Shown in pieces: positions 50,418 through 59,601 of a stretch of DNA of 64,000 nt; the first letter of the stretch is position 1, and each line of letters opens with the position of its first letter. The notes beneath the pieces were generated by a model. The model saw only the letters and a list, made by a program, of their open reading frames with translations. It had not been told where the DNA came from and ran no database searches. This DNA comes from Shigella phage TB004. The stretch lies in the sequence record MW822011, one strand, 5' to 3'. The translations under genes and the position numbers were made by a program.

Positions 50418-50589
50418 AATTAATGCAGGATTTACTGAATCTTTGAATGGTCATCTTTGCGTGAAAATTTCTGAAAAAGAATACCATGATAGTTCAATCA
50501 AAGAAGTTAATCCTCCTATTGTAAGAGCAGACCCTAATATGAAAGTGTGGGTTGATTCTTATCAAGTCAAAAAATGGTGGCAACTGTGA
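50383..50589 (+). CDS. hypothetical protein (68 aa)
   Basis: ORF. Confidence 0.3.
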   Translation: MMLTHVKFKRLKINAGFTESLNGHLCVKISEKEYHDSSIKEVNPPIVRADPNMKVWVDSYQVKKWWQL

Positions 50590-50765
50590 AAGATGAACGC
50601 CAGACTTGTGAAATAGATTATAATAAAATTCGTTCCTCTAAAGTAGAAATGATGAGACGCTTTAAAGAGGCTCATGATAAAGCTAAAGCAGAAGGAACTA
50701 TAACATATAAACCCATTAAATTTAGAAGCTCTAATGAGCCTCTGTATGGTGTATTATGTGGATAG
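50574..50765 (+). CDS. hypothetical protein (63 aa)
   Basis: ORF followed by hairpin AGGAGC-TTCG-GCTCCT. Confidence 0.3.
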   Translation: MVATVKDERQTCEIDYNKIRSSKVEMMRRFKEAHDKAKAEGTITYKPIKFRSSNEPLYGVLCG

Positions 50766-50814
50766 GAGCTTCGGCTCCTATATTGCTTTATAAATTTTTG
50801 GTAAAATAATTAAA

Positions 50815-51609
50815 ATGAATTATTTAAATATATATAATTTACTGATAGAAAAAGGACTAAACAGAGGCAATGATAAAAGTCTTTTGACATACTATACTGA
50901 AACTCATCATATAATTCCTAGATGTATGGGTGGTACAGATGATAAAACTAATTTAGTTCTTTTGACACCAGAAGAACATTTTACCGCGCATTTATTATTA
51001 TTTAAAATTTATAGACTTCCTAAATTGGCTTTAGCTATTCGTATGATGTGTTATAGTTCTGACGGAACAAGACTAAATAATAAAATGTATGGATGGATTA
51101 AAACAGCTGTATCTTCCTCAATATCGGAAGGCATGAAAGAGTTCTGGAAAGATGATGATAATAAAAAATACATGTCTAACGCTAGACGAAATGCTGGAAA
51201 ACCAATTTATCAATATGATTTAAATGGAAATTTTATTCGCAAATATAGATGTATTACAGATGCTGCAGAAGATATGTCATATAGCTGTTCAAGTTCAATT
51301 AAACAATGTGTAGATGGGAAAAGGAAAACCGCTGGAGGATTTCAATGGAAATATTATTATTCTGATAACATAGGAAAGCCCTCTAGGATGTCTAATGCAA
51401 CTAAACAAAAAATGTCTAAATCTAAACGTGGGATAACTCAGAAAAGAAATGTGCCAGTATTTCAATATGATACTACTGGAAAATTATTACGAGTATTTCC
51501 TAAAATTAAAGACGCAGCTGTATCCGTTAAAGGATGCATGTCTAATATTAAAAAGTGCATATCTGGAAAAAGCAAAATTGCTTATGGATATGTTTGGGCC
51601 TATTCGTAG
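50815..51609 (+). CDS. HNH homing endonuclease (Mob-like) with two tandem C-terminal DNA-binding repeats
   Basis: HNH motif ETHHIIPRCMGG...NLVLLTPEEH; two repeats of P(I/V)xQYD..G...DAA...IKxC..GK...GxxW. Confidence 0.7.
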   Translation: MNYLNIYNLLIEKGLNRGNDKSLLTYYTETHHIIPRCMGGTDDKTNLVLLTPEEHFTAHLLLFKIYRLPKLALAIRMMCYSSDGTRLNNKMYGWIKTAVSSSISEGMKEFWKDDDNKKYMSNARRNAGKPIYQYDLNGNFIRKYRCITDAAEDMSYSCSSSIKQCVDGKRKTAGGFQWKYYYSDNIGKPSRMSNATKQKMSKSKRGITQKRNVPVFQYDTTGKLLRVFPKIKDAAVSVKGCMSNIKKCISGKSKIAYGYVWAYS

Positions 51610-51667
51610 TGTTTTATAGAAAATAAAATATTATTTACATGATTTATTGAATGAAAAGAGGAAAACT

Positions 51668-52870
51668 ATGCGTATTTGCATTTTTATGGCTCGGGGTCTT
51701 GAAGGTTGCGGTGTAACTAAATTTTCTCTTGAGCAACGTGATTGGTTCATTAAAAATGGCCATGAAGTAACTCTGGTTTATGCTAAAGATAAATCATTTA
51801 CTCGTACAAGTTCTCATGACCACAAATCATTTTCAATTCCAGTTATTTTAGCTAAAGAATACGATAAAGCACTTAAACTGATTAATGATTGTGATATTCT
51901 AATTATTAATTCTGTTCCTGCTAATTCCGTTCAAGAAGCTACGATTAATAACTATAAAAAACTTTTAGATAATATTAAACCTTCTATTCGTGTTGTAGTT
52001 TATCAGCATGATCATTCTGTTCTTTCTTTGCGTCGAAATTCGGGATTAGAAGAAACTGTTCGTCGAGCTGATGTTATTTTTAGCCATTCTGATAATGGTG
52101 ATTTTAATAAAGTTCTGATGAAAGAGTGGTATCCAGAAACTGTTTCTCTGTTTGATGATATTGAAGAAGCACCGACAGTATATAACTTTCAGCCTCCTAT
52201 GGATATTGCGAAGGTTCGGTCAACTTATTGGAAAGATGTTTCTGAAATTAACATGAATATCAACCGTTGGATTGGTCGTACTACTACATGGAAAGGATTT
52301 TATCAGATGTTTGATTTTCACGAAAAACATCTTAAACCTGCTGGTAGATCCACTGTAATGGAAGGTCTTGAACGTTCCCCTGCTTTTATTGCAATTAAGG
52401 AAAAAGGTATTCCGTATGAATATTACGGTAATCGTGAGATTGATAAAATGAATCTCACGCCGAATCAACCGGCACAAATCCTAGATTGTTATATTAATAG
52501 CGAAATGCTTGAACGAATGAGTAAATCTGGCTTTGGATATCAGTTGAGTAAACTTAACCAGAAATACTTACAACGCTCACTCGAATATACTCATCTTGAA
52601 TTAGGCGCTTGTGGTACAATTCCTGTTTTCTGGAAATCTACTGGCGAAAATTTAAAATTCCGTGTTGATAATACTCCTTTGACCTCGCATGATAGCGGTA
52701 TCATTTGGTTTGATGAAAATGACATGGAATCAACATTTGAACGTATTAAAGAATTGTCATCTGACCGAGCTCTTTATGACCGTGAGCGAGAAAAAGCGTA
52801 TGAATTTTTGTATCAGCATCAAGATTCAAGCTTCTGCTTTAAAGAACAGTTTGACATTATTACAAAATAA
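51668..52870 (+). CDS. a-gt: DNA alpha-glucosyltransferase
   Basis: 400 aa from MRICIFMARGLEGCGVTKF...; position between 55 and 47. Confidence 0.8.
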   Translation: MRICIFMARGLEGCGVTKFSLEQRDWFIKNGHEVTLVYAKDKSFTRTSSHDHKSFSIPVILAKEYDKALKLINDCDILIINSVPANSVQEATINNYKKLLDNIKPSIRVVVYQHDHSVLSLRRNSGLEETVRRADVIFSHSDNGDFNKVLMKEWYPETVSLFDDIEEAPTVYNFQPPMDIAKVRSTYWKDVSEINMNINRWIGRTTTWKGFYQMFDFHEKHLKPAGRSTVMEGLERSPAFIAIKEKGIPYEYYGNREIDKMNLTPNQPAQILDCYINSEMLERMSKSGFGYQLSKLNQKYLQRSLEYTHLELGACGTIPVFWKSTGENLKFRVDNTPLTSHDSGIIWFDENDMESTFERIKELSSDRALYDREREKAYEFLYQHQDSSFCFKEQFDIITK

Positions 52871-52885
52871 AGGGCTTCGGCCCTT
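52869..52885 (+). terminator. AAGGGC-TTCG-GCCCTT hairpin
   Basis: UUCG hairpin at the a-gt stop. Confidence 0.5.
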
Positions 52886-53046
52886 TAGCTTTATACGGAG
52901 TTTGATATAATGATATTTCTTGGATATGTGATACTTTTTCTAGCGTTTTATTTGTTCACTAGAGCATGTTGGATTGGGTTCTTTAGCACTCCAGATGGAT
53001 TTATTTCAATAATTTTATTTTGCATTTCAATGACGGTTCTTGATAT

Positions 53047-54066
53047 ATGAAAATTTTAAATTTAGGTGATTGGCATTTAGGTGTTAAAGCCGATGATGAG
53101 TGGATTCGCGGTATTCAAATTGATGGAATTAAACAAGCAATAGAATATTCTAAGAAAAATGGAATTACTACCTGGATTCAATACGGTGATATTTTTGATG
53201 TGCGAAAAGCGATCACGCATAAAACTATGGAGTTTGCCCGTGAAATAGTTCAAATGCTTGATGGTGCTGGAATCACATTACATACTATTGTAGGAAATCA
53301 CGATCTCCACTATAAAAATGTAATGCATCCAAATGCTTCTACTGAGCTTTTGGCTAAATATCCTAATGTTAAAGTATATGATAAGCCTACTACAGTAGAT
53401 TTTGACGGATGTTTGATTGATTTAATTCCTTGGATGTGTGAAGAAAATACTGGTGAAATTCTTGAACACATCAAAACTTCATCTGCTTCTTTTTGTGTTG
53501 GTCACTGGGAACTGAATGGATTTTATTTTTATAAAGGAATGAAATCTCACGGTCTTGAACCTGATTTCCTTAAGACTTATAAAGAGGTGTGGTCTGGTCA
53601 CTTCCATACTATCTCTGAGGCTGCTAACGTCAGATATATTGGGACACCATGGACACTAACTGCAGGTGACGAGAATGACCCTCGCGGGTTCTGGATGTTT
53701 GATACAGAAACAGAACGAATGGAATTTATTCCAAACAACACTACCTGGCATCGTCGAATTCAATATCCGTTTAAGGGAAAAATTGACTATAAAGATTTTA
53801 CAAATCTATCAGTACGTGTTATAGTAACTGAGGTAGACAAAAATCTGACGAAGTTCGAATCTGAACTAGAAAAAGTTGTGCATTCATTACGAGTTGTGTC
53901 AAAGATTGATAACTCTGTCGAGTCAGATGATAGTGAAGAAGTTGAAGTTCAATCTCTTCAGACGTTGATGGAAGAATACATTAATGCAATTCCAGACATC
54001 ACTGATTCTGACCGTGAAGCACTTATTCAATATGCAAATCAGTTATATGTAGAGGCAACACAATGA
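53047..54066 (+). CDS. 47: recombination nuclease subunit gp47 (Mre11/SbcD-like)
   Basis: 339 aa, phosphoesterase motifs (LGDWHLG, GNHD). Confidence 0.85.
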   Translation: MKILNLGDWHLGVKADDEWIRGIQIDGIKQAIEYSKKNGITTWIQYGDIFDVRKAITHKTMEFAREIVQMLDGAGITLHTIVGNHDLHYKNVMHPNASTELLAKYPNVKVYDKPTTVDFDGCLIDLIPWMCEENTGEILEHIKTSSASFCVGHWELNGFYFYKGMKSHGLEPDFLKTYKEVWSGHFHTISEAANVRYIGTPWTLTAGDENDPRGFWMFDTETERMEFIPNNTTWHRRIQYPFKGKIDYKDFTNLSVRVIVTEVDKNLTKFESELEKVVHSLRVVSKIDNSVESDDSEEVEVQSLQTLMEEYINAIPDITDSDREALIQYANQLYVEATQ

Positions 54067-54326
54067 CTTTTGATGAATTTAAAAATGTTATGATGAGTCA
54101 GCATTTTGAATGCGAAGTAAAAGATGATATTGGGCATAAAGAAATTATTGAATATTGGTTTGAACCGCTAGAAGTTGAAGATAATTGTATTAAAAAGGTC
54201 ACGGTCTGCACTGACTGGGCTGTATCTTTTAACTTCAACATTTTAGATAATGACACACCTAAATCATTACAAGATATGGCTGTATCTTGTATTAAGGATG
54301 CATACTGTGAAGTTTTCGACATTTGA
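54063..54326 (+). CDS. hypothetical protein (87 aa)
   Basis: ORF between 47 and 46. Confidence 0.4.
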   Translation: MTFDEFKNVMMSQHFECEVKDDIGHKEIIEYWFEPLEVEDNCIKKVTVCTDWAVSFNFNILDNDTPKSLQDMAVSCIKDAYCEVFDI

Positions 54327-54513
54327 CATTAATGATGAATTCATAGCAAATATTGATTACACCGAAGAAGATTCTAGATATGTTGGAATAATTTATATCA
54401 CATCAAAAGCAGCACAAGGTGTTGTTTGCATGGCTGAATTTGATGAATACTTTTTAGATTATGATGATATGATAGAATGGTCTAAAAGATACATTAAAAG
54501 GAATCTTTTGTGA
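54250..54513 (+). CDS. hypothetical protein (87 aa)
   Basis: ORF overlapping its neighbours. Confidence 0.35.
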   Translation: MTHLNHYKIWLYLVLRMHTVKFSTFDINDEFIANIDYTEEDSRYVGIIYITSKAAQGVVCMAEFDEYFLDYDDMIEWSKRYIKRNLL

Positions 54514-56192
54514 AGAATTTTAAACTAAACCGAGTTAGGTATCAAAATATAATGTCAGTAGGTGGAAATCCTATTGACATTCAATTAGATAAGGTTCAAA
54601 AAACTCTTATTACTGGACGAAATGGCGGTGGTAAGTCTACTATGTTAGAAGCCATCACGTTTGGGCTTTTCGGCAAGCCATTCCGTGATGTAAAGAAAGG
54701 TCAATTAATAAACAGCACAAATAAGAAAGAACTTTTAGTTGAATTGTGGATGGAATATGATGAGAAAAAGTACTATATCAAAAGAGGACAAAAACCAAAC
54801 GTTTTCGAAATCACCGTTAACGGTACACGTCTTAATGAATCTGCCAGCAGTAAAGATTTCCAAGCAGAATTTGAACAGCTTATCGGAATGTCATATGCCA
54901 GTTTCAAACAGATCGTCGTACTCGGCACGGCTGGATATACCCCTTTCATGGGCCTATCCACTCCTGCAAGAAGAAAACTCGTCGAAGACCTGCTCGAAGT
55001 AGGAACATTAGCTGAAATGGATAAGCTTAATAAAGCACTAATACGTGAATTAAATTCACAAAACCAAGTGCTTGATGTTAAAAAAGATAGTATTATCCAA
55101 CAAATTAAAATATATAATGATAACGTTGAACGCCAGAAAAAATTAACTGGTGATAACCTTACTCGTCTGCAGAATATGTATGATGATTTGGCGAAAGAAG
55201 CTAGAACGTTAAAATCGGAAATAGAAGAAGCTAATGAAAGATTAGTTAATATTGTTTTAGATGAAGACCCGACTGATGCATTTAATAAAATCGGTCAAGA
55301 AGCATTTTTAATTAAATCAAAAATTGATTCGTATAATAAAGTCATTAATATGTATCACGAAGGTGGATTATGTCCAACCTGTTTGTCACAATTAAGTTCC
55401 GGTGATAAAGTTGTTTCTAAAATTAAAGATAAAGTTTCTGAATGCACGCATTCGTTTGAACAGCTTTCAACACATCGTGATAATTTAAAAGTTCTTGTTG
55501 ATGAATACCGAGATAATATTAAAACCCAGCAGACGTTGGCGAATGATATTCGCAATAAAAAGCAATCTCTAATCACGACGGTAGATAAAGCTAAAAAGGT
55601 TAAAGCGGCTATAGAAAAAGCATCATCTGAGTTTATTGACCATGCTGATGAAATAGCACTGCTTCAAGAAGAACTTGATAAAATTGTTAAGACAAAAACT
55701 AATTTAGTAATGGAAAAATACCATAGAGGAATTTTGACTGATATGCTCAAAGATTCTGGTATTAAAGGTGCTATTATTAAAAAGTACATTCCATTATTTA
55801 ATAAGCAGATTAACCATTATCTTAAAATAATGGAAGCGGATTATGTGTTTACATTAGATGAAGAATTTAATGAGACAATTAAATCCCGTGGTCGTGAAGA
55901 TTTTAGTTATGCTTCATTTAGTGAAGGTGAAAAAGCACGAATCGATATTGCCCTTTTATTTACTTGGCGTGATATTGCTTCTATCGTATCTGGTGTTAGT
56001 ATTAGTACATTAATTCTTGATGAAGTGTTTGATGGGTCATTTGATGCCGAAGGTATTAAAGGCGTAGCTAATATTATAAATTCAATGAAAAATACTAATG
56101 TTTTTATAATTTCGCATAAAGACCATGACCCGCAAGAATATGGTCAGCATCTTCAAATGAAGAAAGTTGGTCGATTTACTGTAATGGTTTAA
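54510..56192 (+). CDS. 46: recombination ATPase subunit gp46 (Rad50/SbcC-like)
   Basis: 560 aa, Walker A GRNGGGKST, long coiled-coil, C-terminal signature region. Confidence 0.85.
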   Translation: MKNFKLNRVRYQNIMSVGGNPIDIQLDKVQKTLITGRNGGGKSTMLEAITFGLFGKPFRDVKKGQLINSTNKKELLVELWMEYDEKKYYIKRGQKPNVFEITVNGTRLNESASSKDFQAEFEQLIGMSYASFKQIVVLGTAGYTPFMGLSTPARRKLVEDLLEVGTLAEMDKLNKALIRELNSQNQVLDVKKDSIIQQIKIYNDNVERQKKLTGDNLTRLQNMYDDLAKEARTLKSEIEEANERLVNIVLDEDPTDAFNKIGQEAFLIKSKIDSYNKVINMYHEGGLCPTCLSQLSSGDKVVSKIKDKVSECTHSFEQLSTHRDNLKVLVDEYRDNIKTQQTLANDIRNKKQSLITTVDKAKKVKAAIEKASSEFIDHADEIALLQEELDKIVKTKTNLVMEKYHRGILTDMLKDSGIKGAIIKKYIPLFNKQINHYLKIMEADYVFTLDEEFNETIKSRGREDFSYASFSEGEKARIDIALLFTWRDIASIVSGVSISTLILDEVFDGSFDAEGIKGVANIINSMKNTNVFIISHKDHDPQEYGQHLQMKKVGRFTVMV

Positions 56193-56202
56193 TTTATAAG
56201 AG

Positions 56203-56230
56203 ATTATGCTTTAATTTATTAGAGTATAAT
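56203..56230 (+). promoter_or_regulatory. candidate middle promoter (MotA box ATGCTTTA + TATAAT)
   Basis: TGCTT motif about 13 nt upstream of TATAAT, before 45.2-rpbA-45. Confidence 0.4.
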
Positions 56231-56247
56231 CTCTATGGAGGAAAAAC

Positions 56248-56436
56248 ATGGAATATTCAACTGGACAGCATCTATTAACTATTCCTGAAATAAAACGATA
56301 TATTCTGAGAAATAATTTTTCTAATGAAGAGCATATAGTTACTGAATCTATGCTTAAGAATGCATTTAAATCAGAATATACGAAAATAATGTCCAACAGA
56401 AATGAAGCTTGGACTGTTACTGATTATTATGACTAA
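56248..56436 (+). CDS. small protein (62 aa, 45.2 position)
   Basis: ORF. Confidence 0.45.
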   Translation: MEYSTGQHLLTIPEIKRYILRNNFSNEEHIVTESMLKNAFKSEYTKIMSNRNEAWTVTDYYD

Positions 56437-56445
56437 AGGTGTATT

Positions 56446-56835
56446 ATGACTAAAATTACCGTGAATTATACTGTTGATGTAAAAGATATTCAGCCAAAAC
56501 ACGTGCGTTCTGAATCAAATCCGCAAAACCAAAATAAAATTCGTCGAGCATGGGTTTTGTCTCTTTCTGATAACGCGATGGAAGTTATTCAGAATAAAAT
56601 TAAATCTGCACCTGCTCGTCATGCGTATTATGAAGCTATCGATCGTGAAGTAAGTAATAAATGGATTGAATTAATGCGCAAACATACGACAGAATCTTTA
56701 AATGCTGGTGCTAAATTTATTATGACTTCATGTGGTGAACGCCTTGAAGATGATTATTGCGGCAATGCAGATGAACGTCTGATTGTTGCTGCTCAAATTG
56801 TTGCCGAAACAATCGCAACTGATTTTAATCGTTAA
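56446..56835 (+). CDS. rpbA: RNA polymerase-binding protein RpbA
   Basis: 129-aa ORF immediately upstream of gene 45. Confidence 0.6.
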   Translation: MTKITVNYTVDVKDIQPKHVRSESNPQNQNKIRRAWVLSLSDNAMEVIQNKIKSAPARHAYYEAIDREVSNKWIELMRKHTTESLNAGAKFIMTSCGERLEDDYCGNADERLIVAAQIVAETIATDFNR

Positions 56836-56890
56836 TTGCTTTATTAAATTAGTTATAAAATTAAATCTCATTTGAATTGAAGGAAATTAC

Positions 56891-57577
56891 ATGAAACTGT
56901 CTAAAGATACACTGAATATTTTGAAAAATTTCGCTACTATTAACTCTGGTATTATGCTTAAATCTGGTCAATTTATTATGACTCGCGCGGTTAATGGTAC
57001 AACTTATGCGGAAGCAAATATTTCTGACACTATTGATTTTGATGTAGCAATTTACGATTTGAACGGTTTTCTCGGTATTCTGTCTCTAGTTAATGATGAT
57101 GCAGAAATTTCCCAGTCAGAAGATGGTAATATTAAAATTGCTGATGCTCGTTCAACAATTTTTTGGCCAGCAGCCGATCCAAGTACAGTAGTTGCTCCTA
57201 ATAAACCAATTCCATTCCCGGTAGCATCTGTTGTTACTGAAATTAAAGCTGAAGACCTTCAACAGCTATTGCGTGTATCTCGCGGTCTGCAGATTGATAC
57301 AATTGCTATCACAGTAAAAGAAGGTAAAATCGTAATTAACGGTTTTAATAAAGTAGAAGATTCTGCTTTAACCCGTGTTAAATATTCTTTGACTCTTGGT
57401 GATTATGATGGTGAAAATACATTTAATTTCATTATCAATATGGCAAATATGAAAATGCAACCAGGAAATTATAAACTTCTGCTCTGGGCAAAAGGTAAAC
57501 AAGGTGCTGCTAAATTTGAAGGTGAACACGCGAATTATGTAGTAGCTCTTGAAGCTGATTCTACCCACGATTTTTAA
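56891..57577 (+). CDS. 45: sliding clamp gp45
   Basis: 228 aa MKLSKDTLNILKNFATINSGIMLKSGQFIM..., recognisable as T4 gp45. Confidence 0.9.
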   Translation: MKLSKDTLNILKNFATINSGIMLKSGQFIMTRAVNGTTYAEANISDTIDFDVAIYDLNGFLGILSLVNDDAEISQSEDGNIKIADARSTIFWPAADPSTVVAPNKPIPFPVASVVTEIKAEDLQQLLRVSRGLQIDTIAITVKEGKIVINGFNKVEDSALTRVKYSLTLGDYDGENTFNFIINMANMKMQPGNYKLLLWAKGKQGAAKFEGEHANYVVALEADSTHDF

Positions 57578-57581
57578 TAGA

Positions 57582-57595
57582 GGGCTTCGGCCCTT
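57582..57595 (+). terminator. GGGCTTCGGCCC hairpin
   Basis: UUCG hairpin after gene 45. Confidence 0.5.
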
Positions 57596-57628
57596 TATAA
57601 TTTACACTAAAACTTGAATGAGGAAATT

Positions 57629-58588
57629 ATGATTACTGTAAATGAAAAAGAACACATTCTTGAACAGAAATATCGTCCATCTACTATCGATGAATGTATT
57701 CTTCCCGCCTTTGATAAAGAAACCTTTAAATCTATTACAAGTAAAGGTAAGATTCCACATATTATTCTTCATTCTCCTTCTCCAGGAACAGGTAAAACAA
57801 CCGTAGCAAAAGCATTGTGTCATGATGTAAATGCTGATATGATGTTTGTGAATGGGTCAGATTGTAAAATTGATTTCGTTCGCGGTCCTTTGACTAATTT
57901 TGCTAGTGCAGCTTCATTTGATGGTCGTCAAAAAGTAATCGTTATTGATGAATTTGACCGTTCAGGGTTAGCAGAGTCTCAGCGACATCTTCGTTCCTTT
58001 ATGGAAGCTTATAGTTCAAACTGTAGTATTATTATTACTGCTAACAATATTGATGGTATTATTAAACCGCTTCAGTCACGCTGCCGAGTTATTACGTTCG
58101 GTCAACCGACCGATGAAGATAAAATTGAAATGATGAAGCAGATGATTCGTCGATTGACTGAAATCTGTAAGCATGAAGGAATTGCTATAGCTGATATGAA
58201 AGTTGTAGCAGCTTTAGTTAAAAAGAATTTTCCTGATTTTCGTAAAACTATTGGCGAGCTCGATAGTTATTCATCTAAAGGTGTTTTGGATGCTGGTATT
58301 TTATCACTGGTTACTAACGATCGTGGTGCTATTGATGATGTTCTTGAGTCTCTCAAAAATAAAGATGTTAAACAGCTCAGAGCTTTAGCGCCAAAATATG
58401 CAGCTGATTATTCGTGGTTCGTAGGTAAACTTGCCGAAGAAATCTATACACGCGTAACTCCGCAAAGTATTATTCGTATGTATGAAATTGTTGGTGAAAA
58501 TAACCAGTATCATGGAATTGCAGCTAATACGGAATTACATTTAGCATATCTTTTCATTCAATTGGCATGCGAAATGCAGTGGAAGTGA
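57629..58588 (+). CDS. 44: clamp loader large subunit gp44 (AAA+)
   Basis: Walker [11 protein letters not shown]; about 319 aa. Confidence 0.9.
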   Translation: MITVNEKEHILEQKYRPSTIDECILPAFDKETFKSITSKGKIPHIILHSPSPGTGKTTVAKALCHDVNADMMFVNGSDCKIDFVRGPLTNFASAASFDGRQKVIVIDEFDRSGLAESQRHLRSFMEAYSSNCSIIITANNIDGIIKPLQSRCRVITFGQPTDEDKIEMMKQMIRRLTEICKHEGIAIADMKVVAALVKKNFPDFRKTIGELDSYSSKGVLDAGILSLVTNDRGAIDDVLESLKNKDVKQLRALAPKYAADYSWFVGKLAEEIYTRVTPQSIIRMYEIVGENNQYHGIAANTELHLAYLFIQLACEMQWK

Positions 58589-58589
58589 T

Positions 58590-59153
58590 ATGAGCTTATT
58601 TGAAGATGATATTCAATTAAACGAGCATCAAGTTGCTTGGTATTCAAAAGATTGGACAGCTGTCCAATCTGCTGCTGATTCTTTTAAAGAAAAAGCTGAA
58701 AATGAGTTTTTTGAAATAATTGGAGCTATTAATAATAAAACTAAATGCTCTATTGCTCAAAAAGATTATTCAAAATACATGGTTGAGAATGCATTATCAC
58801 AATTTCCTGAATGCATGCCAGCTGTATATGCTATGAATTTAATTGGATCAGGTTTAAGCGATGAAGCCCATTTTAATTATCTGATGGCTGCTGTTCCTCG
58901 GGGTAAAAGATATGGTAAATGGGCAAAACTGGTTGAAGATTCTACCGAAGTATTGATTATTAAGTTACTTGCTAAGCGGTATCAAGTTAATACAAATGAT
59001 GCAATTAACTATAAATCAATTCTTACTAAAAATGGAAAACTTCCTTTAGTATTAAAAGAACTAAAAGGTTTAGTCACGGATGATTTTTTGAAAGAAGTGA
59101 CTAAGAACGTAAAAGAACAGAAACAACTCAAAAAACTAGCATTGGAATGGTAA
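58590..59153 (+). CDS. 62: clamp loader small subunit gp62
   Basis: 187 aa; synteny 44-62-regA-43. Confidence 0.8.
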   Translation: MSLFEDDIQLNEHQVAWYSKDWTAVQSAADSFKEKAENEFFEIIGAINNKTKCSIAQKDYSKYMVENALSQFPECMPAVYAMNLIGSGLSDEAHFNYLMAAVPRGKRYGKWAKLVEDSTEVLIIKLLAKRYQVNTNDAINYKSILTKNGKLPLVLKELKGLVTDDFLKEVTKNVKEQKQLKKLALEW

Positions 59154-59154
59154 A

Positions 59155-59523
59155 ATGATTGAAATTACTCTTAAAAAACCTGAAGATTTTCTGAAAGTAA
59201 AAGAAACCTTGACTCGTATGGGAATTGCTAATAATAAAGATAAAGTTCTGTATCAGTCCTGCCACATTCTTCAGAAAAAAGGACTATACTATATCGTTCA
59301 TTTTAAAGAAATGCTTCGTATGGATGGCCGTCAGGTTGAAATGACAGAAGAAGATGAAGTTCGTCGTGATTCGATTGCATGGCTGTTAGAAGATTGGGGG
59401 CTGATTGAAATCGTTCCTGGTCAAAGAACTTTTATGAAAGATTTAACTAATAACTTCCGAGTTATTTCTTTTAAGCAAAAACATGAATGGAAACTCGTTC
59501 CTAAATATACGATTGGTAATTAA
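59155..59523 (+). CDS. regA: translational repressor RegA
   Basis: 122 aa; synteny. Confidence 0.8.
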   Translation: MIEITLKKPEDFLKVKETLTRMGIANNKDKVLYQSCHILQKKGLYYIVHFKEMLRMDGRQVEMTEEDEVRRDSIAWLLEDWGLIEIVPGQRTFMKDLTNNFRVISFKQKHEWKLVPKYTIGN

Positions 59524-59525
59524 GC

Positions 59526-59543
59526 AAGGGGCTTCGGCCCCTT
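59526..59543 (+). terminator. AAGGGGC-TTCG-GCCCCTT hairpin
   Basis: UUCG hairpin between regA and 43. Confidence 0.5.
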
Positions 59544-59601
59544 ATTTGGAGTATAATATATCAAGAGCCTAATAACTCGGGCTATAAACTAAGGAATATC
59601 T

